Part shown: positions 13,601 to 24,351 of the stretch, piece after piece | Position numbering within the stretch: position 1 is the first letter of the stretch | Layout of the letters: each line of letters starts with the position of its first letter | Assembly (NCBI GenBank): GCA_038496445.1 | Contig: JALMLS010000299.1 | Coordinates: 124,001-188,000, forward strand | Length of the DNA: 64,000 nt | Direction of reading: 5' to 3' | Origin: Trichosphaerium sp. ATCC 40318 | Taxonomy: Eukaryota; Protista; Tubulinea | Position numbers and translations under genes: made by a program | Notes under the pieces: generated by a model | Seen by the model: the letters and a program-made list of their open reading frames with translations, nothing else | Told to the model about the DNA's origin: nothing | The model's database searches: none

Positions 13601-16600
13601 ACTTGCTCTAGGACGCATAGGTGATGGAGTCAGCGGCGAAACTTTTGGCGCAAGTGGGCTGTTCGCTGTAGAAACGGTTCTGAGCCTAATGCTTTATAGT
13701 TAGCGTCAATACCAGTGTTAGAGTTACGAACATAGAGCCAAGTTGTAATCGGGAAATACGTTCATTAAGCTGATAAACACGCTCTCTGCTGGCCAAAGTT
13801 GACTTAACGTGGTTGCATAGAATGCGATAAATAACGTTAAAAGAAGGTTCTCTACTTTGTCGACTATGAAGAGGGTGAGAAAAAACCTCGAAAAGAGAAC
13901 ATCGCTTAGGTGTTGCGTACATTGCTTGTCGGTTCTTTAGAAGCGAGTTTGTTTGTACACGTAAACTGTTTATAGAACCTTCAATATTGGCGACTTTGGT
14001 CATAATGCTATCACGCATTATCCGTGCCTCAACATCCAAAGGCAATTGTTCCATGGCATGATGAAGATGAGGACTTTGTTTAGCTATAATGATATTCCGT
14101 ATTCCTTCAGCCTATAGTCGTTAGTGATGGGTCTCTGTAAGTATATTATAGCATACCTGGGCATAACCGCCAAGAGTTTTCTCGCTAGCAGTGCTGATTT
14201 CTTGCAATTGCTTGTCAATAGTTACATTTGTTTTTATGCCCTTCAAGTGGTCGATAATTTGTACAAGCTCTTCAATATCACTTTTGTAAAACGGTCGCGG
14301 TGGACTCAAAGCGTTAGCAGTACTTTCTAAAGCAATGTAAACAAGCATACGATTAATAGGAAATGTGGACTTACTATCAAATTGTGAAAAGATCATTTTG
14401 TCAAAATGCTCCTGTAGTGCCTTTTGTTCAGCCATAATCATGTCAAACGCTTCAATAATCTTTTCGACCTCTGTACAAATGTTAGAATTGCAGTAAAATA
14501 TAGTTCATACTTCTAACTGTCAAGTCTTTGGGTGTTTGTGCAGGAGATGGGGGGTTGCCGCCCTGAGGACCACTACCACTAGGAGGACCACTACCACCGG
14601 GAGGACCACTTCCACCAGGACCACTTCCACCAGAAGGTGGAGGTGGAGGAAAACTACTGGCTGGTTGGCCAGTATTGGCTGGAGGTACATTAACAGCTGG
14701 TTGATTGGTACCACCGCTGGCTGGAGGGGCATTGCCGGCTGGAGATACATTAGCGGCTGGTTGGTTGGTACCACCGCTGGCTGGAGGGGCATTGCTAGCT
14801 GGAGGTACATTAGCGGCTGGAGGTACATTGGCGGCTGGTTGCTTGGTAGGATCTGACTTTTGTGAAGGATTACCTGTGGCGGTTGTACCAGCTGCTGGCT
14901 TTTGTGGAAATGGTTGCGATACAGCTGGAAAAAGACTAGTAGTGCTAGGCGCAAAGGCAGTCCCAGTGCTAGGCGCAAAAGAAAAGCCAGTAGCTTTATC
15001 TGCCGGCTTTTGTGCAACTGGTTGTGATGCGGTTGGTGTGGGACTAGTAGTGGCGGGAGCAAAAGCACTAGTGTTAGATTTGTCCGCTGGTGTTTTCGGT
15101 TGTGAGATGACAGGTGTAAAACCACTAGTTTTGGGAGCCGGTGAGCCAGTAGCTTGGATTTTCTTTTGCTTGGGTGGTGTGCCCAGGCTCGAAAGAATTT
15201 GTGCTGCATCAAAGTCGCTATTGCCAGAACTACCATCAGCTTTTCCTTTGTTTTGAGCTGTGTCAGCTGTTGCTTTAGAGTCCGCGCTATCGTTTTTCTG
15301 TACACCAGCAATAGGAGAGTTGGTAGAATTCTTACCTTTGTCAGATTGGTCATTCTGAGGAAAGGTTAATACAAAACTTGACTAGACTTTTGTACGGTTA
15401 AAGCTCCTGGTTTTGGAGCTGCAGCACTCTTGGAATCGCCAGGTGTTGGTTTTTCTTTACCTGTAGTGCCTTTTGCTTGTGTAGGATCAGGTTTAGCTGC
15501 AGTCGGCTTAGGTTTCACAGGGGTGGGTGGTTTATTCTATACGTGAGGTTATATACTGATATTTAGTATGTTTTTGTTGTAATACCAATGCAAGAGTTGC
15601 TGTCAAGCGAAGTTTTCCAGACTTTGCGTTAGGGATGGGAATCCTTTCAATTGTTAGTTTGAAAAAAGAAAAAAAAAGACATCAAAGTACCATGTTCCGT
15701 CGTCTCCCTTTGTATCTTCACCTATAGCGCTCAGTGGAAGTTCAATACCGTCCCCTATAGGATCCGCTACTGACAGCTATTCACATAAGATTGAGCCAAC
15801 AAATAAAAAACCGTACTTTATCTTCATCGTATACTGCCAGGCGAACATAACTGTCTGGAGATTCCACACTAAATGTCATTGTTTCTTCCCAAACTGGGTC
15901 CTTCCTTTTTTGCTTCGTGAGGTTCTTTCTCTGCGTGTCAACTCTTATTGCTACAAAAGGATCACATCCTCCTAATAGATCCATACTGGGTAGGTCAATA
16001 CATTCAATACCTTGGCGTTGTCAGCGAAGAAAAAAATTTATCTGTATCTTCATACGCGTAATTGTCAACACCCCATATGGTTGTTTCTTCTCAGGTTTGG
16101 CTGGTTTCGTTACTGCAACTGGTTTGTTGTCTGTGAGATCAGCGAGTGCTTTCATATTAACTTTTGAAGGTGGAGGGAGTTTCGACGACTCTCTAATATG
16201 AGAGAGTTTTGGCTTAAACAAAATCACTCAGCAAAAACGAGTTTCAATTACAAAACGTACAAAATGTGCTGGTCGGGTCACACGAGTAATCAAAATTTGT
16301 CCAGTACTGCAATACATCAACAGTGAAGGTGACGCAGGTAGCTTCTCTCCCTCACTCGTCATTCTTTCTTCCATGTCGTTGAGAACCAGTTGCATACCAA
16401 GAATTTCTGGTCTAATACCATCTTCCTCATCAACTTAATAATTCGTTAACATCAATAAATGTCTAACCGTTTTACTCACTAAAAAAATCCACTGCATCTT
16501 CCATCTCTAACAAAACTTCCCTCCAAACATCCTGTTCACCTCTAAATATTCTAATAGTGTCGGAGTCTTCTTCATTTGTAGCCAGTAAAATCAAATTCCT

Positions 16601-17956
16601 AAATCATAAAGGATAAGTTCAAAACAAGCCCAGTTGAAAAAAAAATTTACCATTCACGAATAGAAATTGGGTAATATTGCTTGACAACCTACATACAAAG
16701 TGTCAACATTATATTACGGCACCATAACTTACGTTTACGTGAGCAAAGTCAAGGAACTCTTCATGAAGGTGCTAAAAGAGCATAGTTAATACGTAGATAA
16801 CTGTGATAACAAGAGAGTACTTACACCAGAAACAGTGTTTGGTTTACAAAATATAGCTGTGTTGGATAGAGTAAGATCTGTTTCATCCGCCTTATCAACC
16901 ATAGTATAAAATACCATACACGAGTTTGGACCAATGTATTGGCAATAGTGCGCTACCCGAAAAGTGAGTACAAAACCAAAAGGGATTTAATAAATACCGT
17001 ATCCGGTTAGATATTGATCATCTAGTGAATTTTTTTCCCAATAGTCCTCTCCTAACAACGGAAACTCGTGTATGTCATCACCGTTAAAATTTATTATTCT
17101 CAGTGCGCCTGAGGGATCTAAGAAGCATATTTCGTCACTACCGGACTTTGTCAGTAATGGTTCATTTCAACTGCACACGGTACGTACATCACAGGATCAA
17201 AATCAGCAGAAACTACATTTTCAACGAGCAACTGTACAAAAAAGTTAGCATAGTTTCTTGAATGTCAAAAAAAACCACTACGTACTGCATCTGTATTATA
17301 ACTACAAAAGAGTATCATTTTTTGAGTATGTGTCACTACCAAAAAAATATCGGCGTTTATAAGCTGTGGACACCATTTAAAATCAACAATGTTGCCCTCA
17401 TCGACATCTTCTACGCGGAATGGAGCATCCTATTGCCTTTCTTAAGTTTGACAAGTAAAATTACGGTTAGTTACCACAGATTTAGGTGCTAGCAATGCTG
17501 GAATGTCAAAAAATTTGATTGCTGAAGATGTAACTACAGCCAAAACAGTCTCATAAGGCGACAAGTAGACGCCAAAGACGTAATCTTTGGACGACAGCTA
17601 TTTAAACGTTAGTTATTTACCAAGTACATTTCTATCGCGTACAACTTGCTTAGGCGTCTTATTGAGGTCAGATAATTGCCCACACAGAATACCTGTTATA
17701 TTTATCAGTCCTGTCAAGTTTTTCTCAATATAAACGTACACGGAACCCCGCTCATATCTACATTAACATAAAACACTAAATCATAGGCGGAAGACGCGGC
17801 AACGAAACTACCGCGTTTTTTGCTCAGCTGACAAGCTACACAGCGTTAACGAAGAGTGCCATTTGTACTACGACCTTGAAGAGGCGGCAAGCGTGTAATT
17901 TCTTCGTTACGAGGAGGCCTAATAAACTTGAGATCTTTGCCTCCGCCTGGTTCCAT
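10695..17956 (-). CDS. NUP214: Nucleoporin Nup214/Nup159-like: beta-propeller, inserted C2 domain, coiled coil, FG repeats
   Basis: Propeller motifs VYLSPYETVLAVV..IKFFDIPALL and LPASPSLLMYCSTGQI; coiled coil MEQLPLDVEARIMRDSI / PSFNVIYRILCNH; TTGFGLSLGG and GFGNNNNQ repeats; ends DWDTPRK*. Exons checked around C2 and the C-terminal half join via GT-AG introns. Confidence 0.85.
11180..11620 (-). repeat. Coding tandem FG repeats (QGFGNNNN / GFNNNAGQNN)
   Basis: Repeated ccttgattgttattattacc-type units on + strand within the Nup214 tail. Confidence 0.85.
12170..12665 (-). repeat. Coding tandem FG repeats (APTTGFGLSLGGTT)
   Basis: About six copies of gcgaaagaccaaaaccagtagtagg-like units in ORF 11752..13284. 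Confidence 0.9.
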
Positions 17957-18042
17957 GGCGGCCACCGTTAAAATGTTATGCAAATAAAATCAAAGTTTTC
18001 GCAAACGCATTCAAATGAATTCAAAAAAAAAAAACCGCCACA

Positions 18043-18986
18043 ATGAACAAGCTATTTGATGAATTTAACGCCAGTATTGGCATGTTAATTACTTTTCACT
18101 GCTTTCGCTAATTCAAATAAACACAGACGCTCAAAACAAAATTAGGGAAGAGATTAGCGTCAAAACAAAGGAATTAGATCAAGTGGTTCGTGCGTTGCAC
18201 TCAACGTTTCAGGTAGGACAATAATTTATCTTGTCATCACCAGCAAACTTACAGAGCATAGGGTATTCACACAGACATCACCAAAGGAGCGGATATCTTT
18301 TCGACATGTAAAAAACAATTCCCTTTGGTAAAAGAAAAGCTTGTAGCGCTCCAAGAGGTTGTACCAGCACAATTTTACTACAAATACTCTCAAATGTGGC
18401 AATACAAAATAACTTCCTTTGTGTGCGTTTACGCTCTCATTGGGTGGCTAGATAGCGGTACGTAACGTCTAGTTAGTTTATTATTGAGTTAATTATCAGG
18501 TGCCTTGGTTACATTGCAACAAGTCGAGGACGAACTTGGATGTACGTATTTTTACCACCTGGTTAATATCTGAAATACAATAGTACCAGGTAAAAAGGCT
18601 GGCCCAAATGCTTTTGCAGTTGAAATTGGTAAGTGACATTTAGTGACATGTCATTTCTCACATTGCATAGAGGACTACTTGTACGGTCTAGCGTCTGTGC
18701 CATCAGAATTAGTAAGGTTCGCTACGAACAGTGTCATCAATGGAGATTTCAAAAAACCAAGAGAGATTGCTCAATTTGTAACACAGTTACACGCTGGGTT
18801 TGGATTGTTAAACTTGAAGAATGACGGTCTTAGAAAAAAATTCGATTCTATGAAGTATCCTTTTTTGGGTTTAAAAAATCCGTAATTTCGCCATTTATCT
18901 TTCCTTCACTACACAGATATGACATTAAAAAAATAGAAGACATAATATACGACCTAAAAATACGTGGTTTGGTGTCAAAGGATTGA
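18043..18986 (+). CDS. TSN: Translin (C3PO subunit)
   Basis: KIREEI, EDYLYGLASVPSELVRFATNSVINGDF, GFGLLNLKNDGLRKKFDSMK|YDIKKIEDIIYDLKIRG. Confidence 0.93.
18080..18126 (+). other. Probable GC-AG intron in translin
   Basis: G|GCATGT...ACACAG gives FDEFNASIDAQNKIREE, preserving the spacing of the animal translin N-terminus; the upstream GT alternative is also in frame but removes 2 aa. Confidence 0.6.
18855..18916 (+). other. U12-type (minor spliceosome) GT-AG intron
   Basis: 5' site GTATCCTTT, branch-like TTCCTTCAC at 18901-18909; removal restores MK|YD. Confidence 0.85.
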
Positions 18987-19247
18987 TAACTTCTATTTTA
19001 CGTAAATATTAATTACTGCAAACCGAAAAAGTAAAGTTGTACTGGCAAAAGGTACTGGCGGTCGACGAATTAAAACAACGGCTTCTACATATATTGTACT
19101 AGTTTATACGCATGTAAAACTGCCAACCAATGTTGTTTTAACTTCAAAAAAAAAATCGTAAGACTTAACGTTATTGTTGTTCGCTACAACTAAACCAAAA
19201 GGCCGCCTGAACCACAACAACAACTACAAAAAAAAAACGGGCGTGTT

Positions 19248-20961
19248 ATGAATGGTTCGTTACAAGCCCAAATACAAGGCTTTAAAAAAAACAAGCTGTC
19301 CAATGCCGACACGGTTGATAAAAGCGTTGCTACAGGCGCTGGAAAAGGTGCGATCTTACCTGATCGTTCAACAGCTCACCAAACTAGTTTTAAGTGGCAA
19401 AGACGCGAAGAAAAAGGCTGGAAGCCCACCTGCGAGACCTCCAGCAGTATCTGCGTCTCGCCCCAATGGACGCAGCTCTCATGCACCCAAAATGGCAATG
19501 CCTGGTAGTACGTTCGCAGTAAAACCATATCGCGCTCGAAAATAGCTAGTCTACGCCATTTTTGGGTTTTTTTTTGGTTTTTTGCTTCGCCTGTATAATA
19601 TGCGCCTTATTTGCATTACACACGCGATTTTGGCGACTCACAATTGTTGTGTAGTGTAAATTCTTTTCTATACTAGACAGAAAACTTATTAACTCTTTTA
19701 ATTAGTGGGCCGACCACCCCCACGCCCTGTAGTACCTCCACAAGCGGCTATGCCATCTCCATATGCGACACCAACTTCGTCAAGCAACGGATCCTCAAAT
19801 AGTAATTACTCCTACTCAACATAAAAATCCAAACTGACTTTATGCAAAGGATGGAATTTTCACCAGCCTTCAGAATTTCCAAGCGCACCTACATTTTCCG
19901 GAAGGACAAAAGTATACCCTTCAGGATCTTCAAGGTTAGATTATAAATAGTTGCCATGTACTGACAACCACACAGAGGAAGTAGTTTTCCATCTCTCAAA
20001 CCTCAAGCTGGTGTCAATGGAGGAGGGATTGTGTCAACTCATGCTCCAGCACCGCCACCTGCACCTTCACCTTCACCTCCGCCTCCAGCTCCTAGCAAAA
20101 TTAGTCTAACCGTACGTGATGACTTGATGTTTGCACAAAAGTAATATATAAAACAGGGTTCACCACGACCGGCACCGGCACGTCCACCAACAACAGCGCC
20201 ACGCATGCCATCACCAACACCAATGGCTCATCCTCCTCCTATGCCACCAAAAACAGCACCTCGTTTGTCTAGCCCAGCTCTACCAAATGCACGACATCCT
20301 CCAGCTCCACCAAAGAAACCAGCATCACGCAAAGCTCCACCACCACGGCCTGCAGGGCGACCATCGTTTTCACCAATGCCTGCTAAAAAGGCGCCACCAG
20401 CACCGTATGGTAAGGCACCACCAGCGCCGTACGGTAAGGCACCACCAGCACCGTATGGTAAGGCACCACCAGCGCCGTATGGTAAGGCACCTCCAGCACC
20501 ATATGGTAAGGCACCTTCAAAGCGACCTGCACCTGCACGCCCAGGTAAACGCAATGCGCCACCTACACCAGGCAAAAGACCTGGCTTTTCTCCTAAAAAG
20601 TGCGATAAACATTATAATCACGTGATTGTTAACAAATAATTATTTTAGAATGCCAAGGTTGCCACCTAAGCGATCACCTGGTCCACTAAAACGGAGGGCA
20701 CCTAAAAAAAAGCGTCCTAATTTTGGACCAAAGAAAAGGTTTGGAAAGATGAGGCCTAAAGGTAAAGGTAAATTTGGCAAACGCCCACTTAAGTTTGCTC
20801 CAAAACGGAGATTTCCAAAAGGAGGTGTTAAAAAGAGAATGGTTCCACCAAAGAAACGAGGAAAATTACCTCCTTCCCGCCCACCTAAAAAAGGATTTGG
20901 TGCTCCAAAAGGAGGGTTTGGTAAGCGTAGACCTGTACCTAAAGTACCAAAAAAATGGTAA
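19248..20961 (+). CDS. WIP/verprolin-like actin regulator with extended Pro/Lys-rich tail
   Basis: N-terminal WH2-like LQAQIQGFKKNKLSNADTVDKS; WASP-binding-like WNFHQPSEFPSAPTFSGRTKVYPSG; polyproline tracts. Confidence 0.75.
20388..20507 (+). repeat. 24-nt coding tandem repeat x5 (KAPPAPYG)
   Basis: aaggc(a/g)cc(a/t)ccagc(a/g)cc(g/a)ta(t/c)ggt repeated five times. Confidence 0.95.
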
Positions 20962-21239
20962 TAAATATTATAACTATGTACATAAATTTTTGCTACATAT
21001 GGTTTGTAACTTTTTCTATTCACCTTTACTATCCGCAGTGATACATAATTGCATGCCAAATTGCCCCTTGATTATTTAAGACAGTTACACTCTTTAAGTC
21101 TTTATCACTGGTACACAGATACGTATTGTGCCACCTTGTTGCGGCTAACATTGCCACGTGTTCAGATTAACATTGTAAAAAGTACAAAGCGTCGTGTTTT
21201 GGCTACCAGAACAATATTTTTATGTCTAGCGCTGCAGGA

Positions 21240-22181
21240 ATGGAAGGTACAATTTAATAAAACACGTGGTTACTCAGATTTACGAAAGGGCATGACATTC
21301 CTTCTACTACACTTCTACAGCTCCCTAATGAGACATTAACAGCCATCCTAAGGATTTTACCTCGAGGATGGCGTATTAAATCATCGCTAGTGTCTCACCT
21401 ATTCAACGACATTATCAAACAAAATATTGGTATTTCCTCGATTACAGTGAACAATCCTTCAGACTTTCTTGTTTTGAAATCAAACCCACTTCTCAGAAAT
21501 ACAACCATCAAATTTAACACTCACCATAACCTAACAGATGAAAATTTTGAATGTCTCAGGGGTGTACACACTCTTGTACTTTTCCCTAGATATTCACCCG
21601 TAACACCAGAAGGATACAAGCATATAGTCGGTGTTCATGACCTCCACTTACATTACACTGCGCCAGATGAAGTGGTCAAATTATTTGCAGGTATTCATAG
21701 TATGAACCTTTCATATAATCACGTGGTAACAGATAGTGGCCTCGCATGTCTTGCTGGTGTTCATACTATAAATTTATCAGGTTGTTCTTCCATTACAGCA
21801 CGTGGAATCAAAGCAATTAATGGTGCTCACTCGATTACACTTGGTGCTCACGCAACAGATGAGTGGCTTGAAGAAGTAAAAAATGTACATACAATTAAAA
21901 TCGTTCCAGTAAGTCCAAATCAATGCCGTATTACAAATGCAGGTATCAGAGCTTTGTGTAATGTCAAGCACTTGGAACTGGTCTTTTCTAGTAGGGTTAT
22001 TACTGATTTGGGAATGAAACACTTGACTAGCGTGCAATCCCTCACTGTATGCCACTTTTCTTCTATTACAAACGACTTTCTCAAGTATCTTACTTGTCTT
22101 AAATCTATAAAGACATATAAAACTCGGATAACAAAAGATGCAGTAGTTGCCTTGGGTATTACTTGGAAACCTATGTTATGA
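21240..22181 (+). CDS. F-box/LRR protein
   Basis: ATGGAAG, short intron, then F-box LLQLPNETLTAILRIL..SSLVSHLF and LRRs GVHTINLSGCSSIT, VTDSGLACL. Confidence 0.85.
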
Positions 22182-22330
22182 TTACACAAATAAATATGAA
22201 TAAATTAAATTTGCTGATAGTAGTGGCTTTAAACAAAACCAGTCAAAAGAACGTATGTCATATTAAATTTTACTAGACCATTGGACATTTTGCTGTTTTT
22301 GAAACACAACAATGTTCACGATTCATAGTT

Positions 22331-23921
22331 TTATTTGCCAGAAAGGGCCATGACAAGAAAAGACATAAAATCAACGCCTGAAGAATCTAGGTTAGGTATA
22401 GCAGCACCTTCGATGTATTCACTGTGGCCGATGTTCGTTATACTGCTTTGCACATATTCATTCTTGCATAAATTGTTTAGTAAGTATACGTAGTCCACAG
22501 ATTGATTAAAGGGTACAACTTTATCATTACGACCATGTAAAAATGTATAACTTTGTGGCATGTTTGTTCTAAAGGTAGCCAATATGTTCTTGCATTTTGT
22601 GTACTAGAAATTATTATGGAGGTGATAAGATGTACAAAAATTAAAGGAAAACGCACATATGGCGAGGTTGGTTGAGTTGCTAAAAATTGAACTTTCTGAA
22701 GTATCTTTAAAGGACTGTATCTATCAAAGTTGATAAAATCTTCCATTGTAGATCTCATTGGACTATAACCCTCGACTGAAATAAAAATTAAGACTTAATA
22801 TCATCTCGTGTTTTAAAGCAATAAGTGCATCGCTCAGGGTTCAGGTCCACCTGAGCGAAAACACGTGAACAACAAAATAGTTCAGTGAAACTTTTTGCAA
22901 AAAGCACGTGGTTGAATGCCTACCTCCTCTGTTGGATTCAAATACATAATGAGATGAAATATCATAAACACCAGCAAAAGCAATAACTCCCTTTATATCA
23001 GAAGGTAACCAAGAAGAAGTTGAACACTCTTCAACCGTTTTATCAAAATGTATTTCATGTGCCTTTGCAGCTTCCACGCTTAGTCTTTTAGTTCTAATAG
23101 AAGCGCCACCTATATTCAAGGTACGTTCCAGTAAAGTAAGCGCAACAAGATGTGCTCCAGAACTATGAGAAATAATGAAAATGTTTTGTGAATCACCGCC
23201 ATAGCTCTCAATGTTTTCTATCGTCCAGGATATCAACTTATCTATATCAGTGACCATTGTTTCACACTTTTCAGGGTGTTGACTGTGGTTGCTAACGACA
23301 CATAAAGCTTGTAACCTCTGTGCTAAGTGACATCCCATAAAATGATACATTTCTTTGTACCCAATTTTCCATGCTCCTACACATAGTTACAACGAATTAA
23401 AGTTGCTTATTTGTTACCTCCATGTACAAAGACAACAACGCGCATTGGTTCGGCCCTCCTTTTTGGAAGCTGAGGAAGGAATATATCCAACTTTTTGGTA
23501 CTTGAGTATTTAATGTCCTTGGTGAGATAACCAGCTTTAATCTACGGAATACGTTACGGTTTTTATCCGTGTCACTCAACAACAATTATGGTGTCAAAAT
23601 ATCTCTGAACAATGTCAAAACGTGCCATAGAATGCCTGCTAGGACCAATACGCAGGTACACTGAAAAATACCGTAGTACAAACTCAAATGCTCCAAACAC
23701 CATTCTGAGCGCTATCCACTCTTTATACAAGTGCGAGTATCGCGTTATGCCAATCTACACTATTTTAACGAATATAGGCCAAATACATACAGTATGTCCC
23801 GGCCACGCAGGATCACGAGGTGTGCGGGGGTAAAAGAAGCGTCTTATCCAGCATACAACAACCACGGCCTAAATAGAATGTCACAATTTAGTAATATCAA
23901 TAAAACACTTACATAGCTCAT
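22331..23921 (-). CDS. Isoprenylcysteine methylesterase-like alpha/beta hydrolase; start approximate
   Basis: VVVFVHGG|AWKIG, IESYGGDSQNIFIISHSSGAHL, AGVYDI, FLHGRNDKVVP. Confidence 0.8.
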
Positions 23922-24351
23922 AACGTGTTAAATACAGACTAATTACAGTAATTTGATCAAAGTCAACTTAACAAAGATAAGGCATCACACTGATTTATTA
24001 TTGCCTGCAGCAAAAAAGCTCATGTTTAACACTAGTGTGATTTCTAACTACTTTGAAGCAAGCTGAAGACGCGCTTGCTTCAAACGGTGATCCACATGAA
24101 GAGTTACATCAAAACGTTCTTGGTTGCAACTGTTTATTTAGGAGGTGCGAAAATCGATGAAAAAGATTAACGACAATCTCATTTTTTAGTTGGTCATTGT
24201 TCATCACTGTGAGCGTATACTTTACTTTAAGAACTGTGCACGTTTTACGTACCCTACAAGTAAACACCACACTAAATATGAGGCATGGACACGGTTTGGA
24301 TAATGAGTAATATTTGTTTCAGGTTTAAGAACCCTTTAAACAATCTTTGTT

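Noticed and set aside
22807-22865. Structured intron as hammerhead, TPP riboswitch, SRP RNA or tRNA-Sec
   Set aside because: No CUGAUGA core, no TPP or SRP consensus, no acceptor or anticodon arms; kept only as an unassigned structure.
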